This document shows, piece by piece, positions 39,521-51,274 of a DNA stretch of 64,000 nt. The stretch comes from Camelus dromedarius. Its lineage: Eukaryota. The DNA lies in the NCBI RefSeq assembly GCF_036321535.1, contig NC_087436.1, positions 43,402,001-43,466,000 of the forward strand. The letters run 5' to 3'. The position numbers and the translations under genes are program-made. The notes beneath the pieces were generated by a model. The model was not told the DNA's origin and ran no database searches. It was given only the letters and a program-made list of their open reading frames with translations. Position 1 is the first letter of the stretch; each line of letters opens with the position of its first letter.

Positions 39521-41571
39521 CGCCCTGCCGGCCACGCCCCAGCCCGGCATTGCTCTCCACCCTCTCCCTGCAGAGATCTTATGGGTTCACCGTAGGCTGA
39601 CCGTAGGGTGCTCTGGTTCTGAGTGATTTGTGGATGAACAGAACAGTCTTGTGAGACCAGAAACCAGTGAAACACTTTACACTAAGGCACTGGGAGAATA
39701 ATGGAGATGTGCAAGGGGGAAAAATCTTATTCACAAGGAGTACAGGGCTCTCTGAATTCCTTCTTTGTGTTTAAAAGCTTCTATTCATTGGGATTTAAGA
39801 GGAAAAAAATCCCCTTTACTCTCTGTGCTTTGAAGGGTTTACATCATTGCTTCTCACATTCCAGTAATTCAGCAGAAACAGCTGTTCTGCTGTCCTGGGC
39901 AAGAAGCCATGAACTGCATTCCAAAGAATGTGTTCCACACTGTTATTATTTATTAATTAATGTGATAGGTCCTGCCTTATAATAAATGAATATCTGCCAA
40001 AAAGAGTAAAAAGAAAGAAAAATCATTATTTTCTCTATTTCCCTAACCCAAAGCAATACCCTGATTTTATATCCCTGTCCTCTAAAGGATCTGCTATGTT
40101 ATTCTCTCCATTTTTCAAATAAATTCATTGAAAAATCCTTTCTTGTGTTTTGGTGGAATAAAGACCCGAAACATTTTATCATTAAAATTACCTCATAAGC
40201 AAAAATAACATTTTTTTTTTTGGCTCAGGAAGTCAAAAAAACAAACAGACCAGAAAAAAAAAAAAAAAGACAGTGAAAATGGGAAATGTCTTGCATATAG
40301 ATTTTTTAAATGATAAAATTTAAAATAGAAAAATTCTACGCAGCTAGTATCAATCTAATCACTGAAAGCCTAACCAGTAACCCAGTTATCATAGCAAGAC
40401 CAATACGTTATTAATACAATGAACAACATCTAACCTTTGAAGTTTGTAACCCTACCGTTGCACTATATGTATTAGATGATAGAGAATACCTTCGTAGTCT
40501 ACATGTAGTTTAGAAATAAAACCCACAACATACATATATTCAGTTGTATTTAGGAATACATCCACTATTTTTCTGGACTTTTATGATCATAAAAAATAAT
40601 TTTGCTATTGCAGATTTTAAATTAGTGCTCTAACTCTTTTAGGAAACAGAAAAATGGGAACTTTCTCCCTAACACATATCAAAGATCCAAAAGCAGATTC
40701 TCAGAAGTACTGAAATTTTGTTGAATACCATTATAATTTCCTCATGTACAGAAGATATTTTTAATGCTCAAAATGATTTTTAATCTGTGTTCACGAATAA
40801 CATACATTTTCATCTCTTTTCAAGATGAAATTTTTTTGAAAGAATGAATTCTATTAATATGAACAAAATTAGTTGTATTTACTCAATCATCAAAAACAAC
40901 TACAATTTTTTTTCTGGAATATTTTGTGTGTTTTGTTTTACCTGATTTATTACCGTCCAAAAAATCAAAGACTACACGGGATCAAATAAAAACATTTAAC
41001 TGAAAATATTTTGCTTGGAAAAACTGACTTTTATATACGTAGGGCAGGTTGTAGATACAAAAAGTATGCTCATAACTTTATTTACAAGTGTGGTTAAAGT
41101 AACACACTTTCTGTGTATCTATTTCACACTGTATGTGTAGTGACAGAGAACTTTAAATATTATTGAGAAATACAAAATAATTTAAACAAGGATATTAAAA
41201 AATTTTAAGCCTATCAGCAGTAGGTTATTAACCACCTTTTTAATATACAGAATCTGTAAGTACATATATCTTTAAATATAAAAATGTACACACACATCTT
41301 TAATTGCTACCTTAAAGAAAAAGCTTTGAAATCCTGACATAAATGGTCAAGAATAAGGAAGTCACATAGTTCCCCTCAGTTGGTTATTTTGGGAAGAAGT
41401 CCAGTGTTTTAGGAAATTCAGCTACACCTTGGATTTATGTGTCTACTTAGATGAAAAGAATAATAATCACAGAGAATTGTAGGATTAATGGAAGAAAGTG
41501 ATATCCTTGCAAGAATCAGCAACTCAGTTCTATCCATTCACATCCCAAAGAAATGGGGCAAGTGAAAAGAG

Positions 41572-42195
41572 TGGTAGCAGAGCAGGCAGCTAGATATGTG
41601 CAGAGAAAGGGGTACTAGGCCAAATGGCAGGAACTCGGCAAAAAGGAGGGGCAGGAAACAATACATCATGTAAACAACAGGGGGTCCATGGACAGACAAA
41701 AGCAGGAACCTCTGGGCTGATAAGCCATCACACATTTTGGGGTGACAAGTGACCTGGAGACTGACAAAGAAAGGTAGGAAAAGGCAGGAATCTCTAGTAT
41801 CCAAATGGTAACATTTTCTCATTATGCCCTCATTTCAAAAAAATTAGCCTTGCAGACTAAAAGTACCTATCATGCACTGACGCCCTGACATTTCCAATCC
41901 AGACTAAATAGGGACAAAATCCCTTTTCCCTTCAGGAAGATGGAGTTAGGATTAAAATCAGGGAATATGACCCCAGACCCTTCCCTCCCCAGTGAACATT
42001 CCATCCATTCATTTTTACACTCTATGTAACCAATTTACCAAAGAAACTCAGGGCAGCTGCTCACCTGAGCCTGCCGGCTCTCCCTTTGGGAGTGTCCTAT
42101 CCATCCCTTAATAAATCCTCACTTTACTTTCTCAACCTCCGAGTCTCCTCTCTGAATTCTTTCTGCGACAAGGCAAGAACCTAATCCCAGCAACA
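41572..42195 (+). mobile_element. ERV1-type solo LTR (5' boundary approximate)
   Basis: AATAAA at 42110-42115, followed by a U5-like ctctgaattctttctgcgacaaggcaagaacc and terminal gcaaca. Confidence 0.75.
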
Positions 42196-44641
42196 GTGCT
42201 GCCCATAGATTATCCCATCAGGAAGATCTAAAAGGATGCAGTTGCCTATTGGTGGCTGAAACAAGGGTAGGGACAACCTGGAGAAACATCCCCTTGACTC
42301 AGGCGCCTATGCTTCTGTGGGATGATAGGAGAGGAAACCATGCTGATGCTGTATTGCTATAATCCTTACAGTTCTGCTCTGGCTAGCCCTGGATATCCCC
42401 TGAAAAATCATCTCATCAGGTTTGGCGCAAGTGCTAAAGGAAGCACTGTTTGAATTCTAAGTTTCTGGACTAGCGAGCTGTCACGTAGTAAAGAATGATT
42501 TCATTTTTCTTCCATTCACACAGGCTTTTCTCCTAAAAGAATGTGATAAGTCCTATGACGTTGATCCTTAACACAACGATTCCTTAGAAATTTTGCTACT
42601 AAAGCATAAGCATGCGTTTTTAATTGTAAGCTGTTGTTTTGATTGGTGGTCAATGACTAATATTCCTTAAAATATTGCCCTTACTCCAAGATAGACTTAA
42701 TTTCAAATTTTCTCCAAGTCACAACCACTAGCTTTGTAAAATGGCTTCCTGTCAAGTTGCCTGTGTTTTAGATCATTAATTTCAGCCAGCTGCCTCAGGC
42801 AACAGAATACTGGTTTTATCAATTTGAACACACGGACATTGAGACTGACTGACAAATAAAGCACTCTTTAAAAATCAAACATCCTAAACATTTCATCTTG
42901 TGATTTTCAAGGGAAATATAATCGAGAATTGTGATAAATTCCCATTGTTTTCCCACGTATGACTTTGAACTTTGCTTCTCTGTAGCCATTAAAGTCACAT
43001 AAGAAGTGCCTCAGCGGCCCTCTGCCCTAAAACCACCACATCCAATTATTTAGAAAATGAATGTTTTCAGTATCTGAGGATCAGGTCTGATGGGTCATTT
43101 GACACTGAAATAAAGGTAGGGAGGAAGAGCTTTTCAGAGCAACTGGCATGGATCGCCTCGCATCAAATACCACCAGCTCAGACTGTCTAGTTAATAGGGG
43201 CTTCCATAAAAACTGCATGCTGCAGCTAAAATGCAACCTCACCAGCCAAGTTCTTCTAATCCATTTTTAAGTGCACTTAAAACGATTGGAACATAAAGGT
43301 CCATGCAGAAATCTGCATGTAAATGAGAGATGCAAATCCAAAGTTTGGATGGAACCCAAATAATATGAGTTTCTAAAGGATTTATAGTTGCAGCATAGTT
43401 CATGAAGAGAGAGTTCATTAACTGAACAGTCTTCAGAAAATGTGTGATAGCTCTCATTTCTGCAATGTTGGTTGAGATTTTCTCTTTCATGATAGACTGA
43501 CATCGAGGGTTCAGTTTTGCAGAAATTTCTCTTTAAAGAAAAAAGATCAAAGACTGCTACATGCAGCACACTGGGCTTCACCCTTTGTGTTTTTCTGTTT
43601 TTTATCTTTTGCAGAGGTTATATCATCAACCATAATATTCTGCAAGTGTTGTTCACAAAATAGAAAACTGTTCGAGTCAGAGTGTCCACTATTATAAGGT
43701 GCTCAAGGACTATGACATAAGTTTAATATTTACCTAAACGAAACAGGAAACTAAACCCTTGCAAAAGAAAATTCAGCAGCATACGTAGAGGTCAAAAATC
43801 AGCTACAAAGCTTTGTGAGACACTTTGAAATTCAAAATTAAGAGCTGTTTATTTACTCCAGGTGCCCAGAAAATTTTCAGAAGTGGTCTCCCACCTTTCT
43901 AAGAACATACTTGATTAGAAAGGATGGGGATAGTAAAGAATCTCATGCTAATTCCCCTTTGCCAGCTGGAGAAAGGAGTCAGGCTGGGGGATGGAGATGT
44001 GCCCCCTCCACCCCCCAGCCCTCCAGGTTGTTGTGAGGTAGGGCCATCAGGGGCAACCCACTCTCCCCTGTCCCTCAGAGACTGAGACTCAGCAGGGTAA
44101 GGCTCTTCCCATCTTCCCGCCCTCACTACCTCTCCACAGCCCCTCCAGCAGAATGTATAGGTGGTCTCCATAGAACCGGCATTAAGCTTCCTTTCCGCAC
44201 TGCTACCTTGGACCCATTTTCCTACCGTATAATTTTTCATTCCTTTGGGTCTTGATGGCAGCCCTTTTAAGGAGCACAAACCCTGTGGTGGGGGAGATGG
44301 ATCATGGCTCTTAACATAAGAGCCCCGGGGTTGAGTAGGGGGTGGCAAGGTATCACATTAGCAGTTAATGCCTTCATTAGCATTTTGGCCTTTTGCAGGG
44401 CTGAGATGGCAGTCCAGAGAAGAAGAGGAGACCTAGGGAAGAGCATCTGGAGCAGAGAAGAGATGGTAAGAGCTCTGAAAATGGAAAGGATGGCTGTCAG
44501 ACACAACATGACAATGTGTCATTTCCCCCAAACTGTCATGCATCACTTTCTAACACAGGAGCTGTGAGTTGCTGAGCAGAAACTTGGTGCATAAAGAACA
44601 CACAAGAGTTTGTGCTTCCTGGACATTAAAAATGCACATGA

Positions 44642-44843
44642 CACAAACAATCAGATATAAAATAAACTACAAGGATGTGTTGTACAACATGGGGGATATA
44701 GCCAATGTTTTATAATAACTATAAATGGTATAATCTTTTAAAATTGTGAATCACTGTGTTGTATACCTGTAACATATAATATTGTACAACTATACTTCAA
44801 CTTGAAAAATGATATTTTAAAATAAATACATAAATAAAGTTTA
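44642..44843 (+). mobile_element. 5'-truncated L1 3' end
   Basis: tataaaataaactacaagga...tatagccaat...tgtgaatcactgtgttgtatacctg. Perfect 14-bp TSD aaaaatgcacatga at 44628-44641 and 44844-44857. Confidence 0.93.
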
Positions 44844-45929
44844 AAAAATGCACATGAAAGATTCTATGGGTCACACAATATATGAGGCTTCTATCTCTCT
44901 AAGACCTCCTGAGCACTACCTAAATGCCCTTAATGACCAGAAATCTGCCATCTACTAGGAAATTTGAAAAAAACAAAGCCATGTGAGGAGAATTTTCTAT
45001 GATAATTCTCTTGAATGCTTCTACATTTTTTTCTGAAAAAATTTGTATGTGTGTGTTTTGCTAATATTGACTTTTAAAGACCGTATCATTACCTCCTTAT
45101 TAATGATTTGCTTGTCTCCCCAAATGTACAAGATGTTATTCCTCAAACCTTGAGCAAAACCTTTGAAATCTATGCTGAATTATCTTCAACTCTCTAGGAA
45201 ATAAATGAGCAAAAATCCATGATAGTAAAAAAAACGAGGGACCCAAAAATATATACCCAACTGGGAATTCAAAATCTGTCAGGTTTTTACAGTACTTCTA
45301 AATTCCTTTTGTGAAATGGGACCCTCCGTAACAAAAATCATTAGACCATATAGTTTGCGTGGAAAATGGAGCATGATTCAACATGATCCAATAACCCACA
45401 TATTTACCATTATTCATGAAGTAGAACTAAGGGCAACAAGACTGCAGGAAGCAAAAAGAGAAACTAATAAACCAGTATCATGAATGACCTCACGAACATA
45501 TTAAAGCATAACATTTAGTTCAACAATTGAAAATGCAATAAATAGTGCATAGAGGACTACAGGTTAGAAGCTCTCAAAGCTTGGGCGTATGATCAGGAAA
45601 GTGAAGACCCTCTGAGATTTCAGCTAGTTACACTGTTTTTAAAAAGTCACTCCCATTTATTTAGGGCTCTGAGCCAAGTCTGTTCTCTGTTATCCCTAAA
45701 CTTTATCACAACCTTGAAAATTAGTATATTATATCCTTCTCAAAGAAAGAAGGAAATTAAGGCCTAAAAGAGGTTAGGGATTTGCCAAAAGTCATATGCT
45801 TTTGGATGCCAGGGCTATTCCTAAAATCTCTTTCAACCTGTTCCATAAACAATAGATAAAATTTTATATGATCCCTATTTACAGAAATGATATCTCCTAA
45901 ATCCCAATCCATATGGCAAGATTATTGGC

Positions 45930-46545
45930 CCCTATGTATTAAGAGCTCTGTGTGACTGAGTAGTAAGTACTTTATGTACATTTTCTCACTTAATCTTTAT
46001 AGCAACTTTAAGAGACTGTCTTAGTCCATCCAGGTTGCTAGAGTAAAATACTGCAGACTAAGTGGCTTATAAACAACAGAAATTTATGTCTCCTAGTCCT
46101 AGGAGTTGAAGGCTAAGATCAGAGGGCAGCATGGCCAGGTTCTGGTGAAGGCCCTCTTTGGATCTGCAGACTGCTGAGCTCTCGTTGTACGTGCACATGG
46201 CAGAGAGGCAGGGAGCTCCCTGGGGTCTCTTTTACAAAGGCTAATCCCACTCATGGGGGAGGGCTCCACTTTCATGACCTAATCACCCCCAAACATCCCA
46301 CCTCCTAATAGCATCACCTTGGGCATTAGGTTTTCAACATATGAATGCAGGTGGGGGTTGGCAGGGAAAGACACATGCAATCTCTAGCAGAATTACTTCT
46401 TATTTCCATTTATAAAGATGAGAAAACTGAGGCTTAGAGAAGTATTTTCCCCAAAGGCACATAGCTATTAAGTGGCAAAGTCAGGATCGAACCTAGTTTG
46501 CTGGCCTGCAAAAGCCCTGGTCCTAAACCACTTTGCCATATTGCC
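45930..46545 (-). mobile_element. MIR split by an MLT1A LTR
   Basis: MIR halves at 45930-46016 and 46390-46545 (aagatgagaaaactgaggcttagaga...aagtggcaaagtcaggatcgaacc). Confidence 0.8.
46017..46389 (-). mobile_element. MaLR solo LTR, MLT1A/A0-like
   Basis: tgtcttagtccat...ggcttataaacaacagaaattta...catgacctaatcacc...ttcaacatatgaat...tagca. Confidence 0.92.
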
Positions 46546-47090
46546 TTAACCTCTTCAAGTTGGTCAGCAAATGAAGTGAATTGTCATTTATCATTACAGA
46601 AGGTGAGCTAAATGCATGAATAAGAACCAATTAATACCAACTGAGTAGCTTTTATTCAGTACTAACATGAAGAGAAAGTGTTTTGATCTTTGGTGACCTT
46701 TTTTTTCCTTTGCCAGTAAGATACTTTTAGAATGAAAGAAAATCAGATACGTCAAAAATGAAAACGTATTTTGAGAAATATTCATTCTAATTCCATTTTC
46801 ACCAGAACTTTCTGATTTGTAATTTGGTTCCCTGAGTAGATTTGTGCACAGAAAATGAGGTGTGCTCTGGAGATGACAAGTCTATGTTTCAGAAAAGGTT
46901 GTATCTTCCTTTGTAAATTGTTTAACTAGTTTAACATTTACTCACTGTGAGCAGATGGGTAAATATACTGCAGCCCTGGGTGAACTGACAGAAAACAAAA
47001 ACAAATTTCTGGACTAGCAAAACTGGATAAAATCAAGGGCTGTGAATAGAATGGCTTAACCTAAAACTACCACCCAGTATCCTTCAGAGC

Positions 47091-47368
47091 AAAGCACAGT
47101 GGTTTGAGAAGAGGGCCTCGGAAACAGACCCTAGGTTTGAACTCTGGCTTTGATACTTAGTAGCCATGTAACCTTGGGAAGTTGTTCAACTTTACTCTGC
47201 TTCAGTGTTCTTATCTGTAGAATGGGAATCACAATTGGATACTCATAGGGTTATCATTAGAAACAGTACCTTCCTATGGTATCATAAAGCTTCAGTTAGT
47301 TAATAATGAAACTCTTATTAACAGTGCCTGGCACATACTTGGCTCTCAAATGTTGGCTATTATTATTT
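47091..47368 (+). mobile_element. MIR (near full length)
   Basis: gcacagtggtttgaga...ggtttgaactctggct...gtaaccttggg...atctgtagaatggga...acagtgcctggcacat. Confidence 0.85.
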
Positions 47369-49912
47369 TCTCTTAGGTCCACAAGCAGCTCAACCTTTTT
47401 TGATCAGCCAGTCAGCCAGCCTATGAAATCCTCAAAGATGGGCTGTTTTATTTTTCACTTATGGGTCTCCATGAAATGACAAACAATAGACAGAATGATG
47501 CTTAATAGTTCATGCCTGACTCAACCCCATGTGCAGCCAACCTAATACCAGCTCTCCAGGCTTCAATGCTCAGTCTGTTAAAATATGTACTAATTATAAT
47601 TCCATACCTTGAGTCAAATTCTTCATTACAAAGTTGAAATGAAACAGTCACACAGTCTCTTTCCCTCACTCAAAAGTTTAGTGACGAAAATAAGAAAAAA
47701 TGCTGGCTTTATGCTCCATGAAGGTGGTGATTAACCAAATCCTTAAACCAAATATTTTGAATACCTCTTGGAACAGGACAGAACAGATACTTAGTAAACA
47801 TAGAGGATTTCAACTTTATGACTAACCCCTGACCATTTCAATGTTTCAGGGTACTTGTGAAGGAAAAAACAGCATTAAAACCACAATAGAGCAAACATGA
47901 AGACAGCGTCAAAGCAGTTTAAAAATCCAGTGTAAAGATACCTTTAAAAAACACACTGTCAAGGAAATACATACATGTTATATATCTCTTTATTTAGCAA
48001 CTATAGATATACATGGTTTTTACCATGAGATGTACAGAGCAGTTAGCTCCAGGAGATTTTTAACTATCTGCTTTATGCTTTCTGAACTTTCTGTATTTTA
48101 GATAATAACTATATAATAAGTATAATTTTAAAATAAAGTTATTTTTCATTTTGGAAAAGAGATAAATACAAAAACTAATATAACTTTTGGAGTTCTCAAG
48201 TGTTCTGATGTGTGATAGAAACATGAAACGATACTTTCACATTCAAATAATCAACATGTGATGACTGATGGTCTGACTGCTTTGTGAGCCCTTGGAAAAG
48301 TCAGATGGAAATGACCTTAAATTAGGTAGTATCTGTGAAATCAAAACACTCTGCAAAACAGGCTGCTAAATTACCACCCTGTTACTGTAGGTTACCTACT
48401 CTGAACTAATCATAAACTAGAGTGCAACTCACTGGGGATATGAGATCCTTTCCAAAGTATGGAGTTCCTGCCTTATGCTAGCTAGGATCACTTTAAAATA
48501 CCACTGAGATAAACAGTGTCTTTCACTTATGAATTCCAGCTGATTGCAGGGAAACTTGAAAGTCCTAGCAACACCGTTGCTATAGCAATGCAATCTGATT
48601 AGATATTTTTAGCAACCAGCCACAACTCACACCCACGGAGTCCCTTCATTTATTCCAAGAAGAATAATGTTGACATTCCAATTTCTAAAATATACAGATC
48701 TCAGTGATAGACCTCTAGAGATGAGAGGCCTGTGAGATCCAATGGAATATAGTAAGTTAACAAATAATATACCTGGGTCTGGAATACATCCAGACCCTAT
48801 ATGTATAGAGTAGACACATATTAAGGTGTATTCCACATGGCTAAAAATTGTAGATTTCCTTTGGCTCTTGGAGTATATATAAATAATAGCAGAATCCTTG
48901 AATTTCATATTGTAGTAGTTAAAGTTTACATGCTTCTCAGACAAGTTAGTATATTTCATACTAAATTAACAAAGATAATGATAAAATTATGTTTGCAACA
49001 AACAGCAGCAATTTACATTTTGATGCTAATGCTTTCATCAGAACTGGGACTACACTTGAAAAGCCACAGGCACTATTTATAGTGAGGGTATGTATGGTTA
49101 ATTACGAGGGTGCACAGCAGAAATGTGGCCTTGATATCACACATGCTAAACCAGAGCTGATATGGGGGACTGACTGAATTATTGCTCTGAAGAAAAGGAT
49201 CTGTCACATTCCAAGCAGGATAAGACTTGAAGACTAAATCTGGAGTTATCCCCAGGCTGATCTTAAATCAGGAAGGTCAGATGTAGGATCACATCTACGA
49301 AGGCTCATAAAAGACAGTGACAGCCCAGAAACTTATAAACATGACCCTTGGTTTTATAACTAAAGGAAGGATGCTTTTCTATAAACCCAGATACCAAATC
49401 ATTCTGTCTGTTTTGATATGGAAAAGAAATCAATTACATTCTCATCCTCTCCTGAATGGCTACATTCTCGTGGTGAATAATCCGATCTCTCAATATATGC
49501 AGTTTCTGTTACAAACGGAGGAGTGTGGTGGGAAGGAATTAAGGTGAAAAACAACCAGAAGCAAAGATATGCCTTTTTTTTGTTGTAATTGCCTTTGAGA
49601 GTTATTAAATTTGAGCCATGGATATTATGAAAACAACTACTCTCAGCTGAGTTACAGAATTAGAAAGCCCTTTTGAGAGATCTCCAATTTCAATAAATTA
49701 CTTTAAAATATCAAATCTATATTAATAACCTGCATCAAAAACTTTCTGCACATCCCTTACACAACAATTCAGTGTATTGTAAGAAAATCATTAATGTGCA
49801 CAAATGCAACGTTCATCCCAGCAGTCTAACAGATAACTGAAGTGGAAACAGTCTAAATATATAAAAACATGGTATTAACTAAAGTAATTACAATGGTTTG
49901 TATCATGAAATA

Positions 49913-50239
49913 CTGCTCCACAATCCCCTTACCTATCATCTGAAACCCAAAAAGTACAAAACACCAAAAGTTTATATATAACTTAATTGGCAGGAAAACC
50001 TGATCTGACCAGAACTCATTTGACACCAAAACCTAATGGGAAGTGAGTCTATTCCAAGGCTTTATTTATCTCACATAGTGTGATTATTCTTATGCTTCAC
50101 TGCAGAAATATTCATGCATTTGATTACAGAGTGCTGTCCCAGAAACTGCTGAAAATGTTTCCTAGTACATGAATTTAACATATGACGTTTCAAAAGTTTA
50201 AAAAAAATCTGCATTCTATATAAAGAATTGTGGACCTTT
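49913..50239. mobile_element. Non-autonomous Tc1/mariner (Tigger-like) DNA transposon
   Basis: Imperfect terminal inverted repeats tccacaatcccctta and taaagaattgtgga. Confidence 0.55.
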
Positions 50240-50289
50240 CTATCCAGTGAAATAAGTCAGGAAAAAACCTGTGATATATGTGGTGTTCT

Positions 50290-50645
50290 CTCTACCTGAA
50301 ATACTCTTTCCCTGACTTTTATGTGACTTGCTTCTTCTCATCCTTCAGGTCTGGACTTTATAAATCTTCCCCCAGGGTTGGTTCCCAACTACCATGTCTA
50401 AAAAGGATCCGTGAAGTTACTCCGTGAAGCAGTTTATTTCCTTCACAACACTTATTACAACCACTGGTGACCTCATTTGTTTCTTTGCTTGCAAATCCAG
50501 TGACTGTCTCCCCTCAACTAGCTCCAAGAGGACGGGGACCTTACTGACCTCGTTCACTGCAGTGTTTCCAGCATCTCACAACATCAGGCACCGAGTCTGG
50601 GCTCAGTATATATTTGTTGAACAAATGAATGAGTGAATAAATGAG
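50290..50645 (+). mobile_element. L2a-like 3' end
   Basis: cttctcatccttcaggtct...agctccaagaggacggggacc...atatttgttgaacaaatgaatgagtgaat. Confidence 0.85.
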
Positions 50646-50683
50646 TTTTTGTAAATATGTGTGCATTAAAAAATGAAAAAATA

Positions 50684-50928
50684 GGTTGCTCTCGCTCTGC
50701 AGTGCTCACATTCTGAGAGGCCCTGCACTCTGTCTATGGAGTATGTATCTACTTTAAACACCCCACACCTCTCGATTTCTCTCCCTCTCACCTTTCTGAT
50801 ATGGCCCACATTCTGCCTATGGAGTGTGTATCTCCTAAGCCATTTTCCCTTCTGAGTGAGACAGACTGCACTCTGTCCATGGAGCGTGTATCTCTCTAAA
50901 TAAACTTACTCTCACTTAAAAAAAAAAA
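50684..50928 (+). mobile_element. Polyadenylated ERV LTR (U3/R-like) fragment, probable L1-mediated retrocopy
   Basis: Three 25-bp internal repeats, AATAAA 50899-50904, A-run from 50918, A-rich TSD-like gaaaaaa(a)ta on both sides. Confidence 0.65.
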
Positions 50929-51164
50929 GAAAAAAATACCCAATATTAACAATTTGGCAGAAGTAGGGATTTTTTTCTTTTGGAAGCTTATCTTTATGTT
51001 TGAAATTTTCTATGAAAAGAGTATTCTTTTTGTAACAGAGGGAGCAATTTTTAAGGGGTTAGTGTATCAGAGATTAAACTAATTCACATTACACCAAACA
51101 CTTCTCTGAAAGCACTTACTATCATTTTTAAAAAGTACACAATCTTCCTGCTATCAAGAAATTC

Positions 51165-51274
51165 TTTTTTGTGGGGGAAGTGATTAGGTTTATTTATTAA
51201 TTTATTTTTAGAGGAGGTACTGGGGATTGAACCCAGGACCTCGTGCTCTACCACTTGAGCTATTCCCACCCCGC
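51165..51274 (-). mobile_element. tRNA-derived SINE (Vic-1 type) with internal deletion
   Basis: Perfect 11-bp TSD tcaagaaattc at 51154-51164 and 51275-51285. Confidence 0.93.

Noticed and set aside
43899..44348. 149-aa ORF, the longest in the track
   Set aside because: Local GC-richer patch lowers stop frequency. No domain similarity or exon structure.
50726..50893. Three spaced 25-bp repeats as a CRISPR-like array
   Set aside because: Eukaryotic context, unequal spacing, degenerate units, no cas genes; better explained as LTR internal repeats.
3309..51274. Seven tRNA-like sequences as tRNA genes
   Set aside because: They have A-rich tails, TSDs, broken stems and deletions. They are SINE heads.
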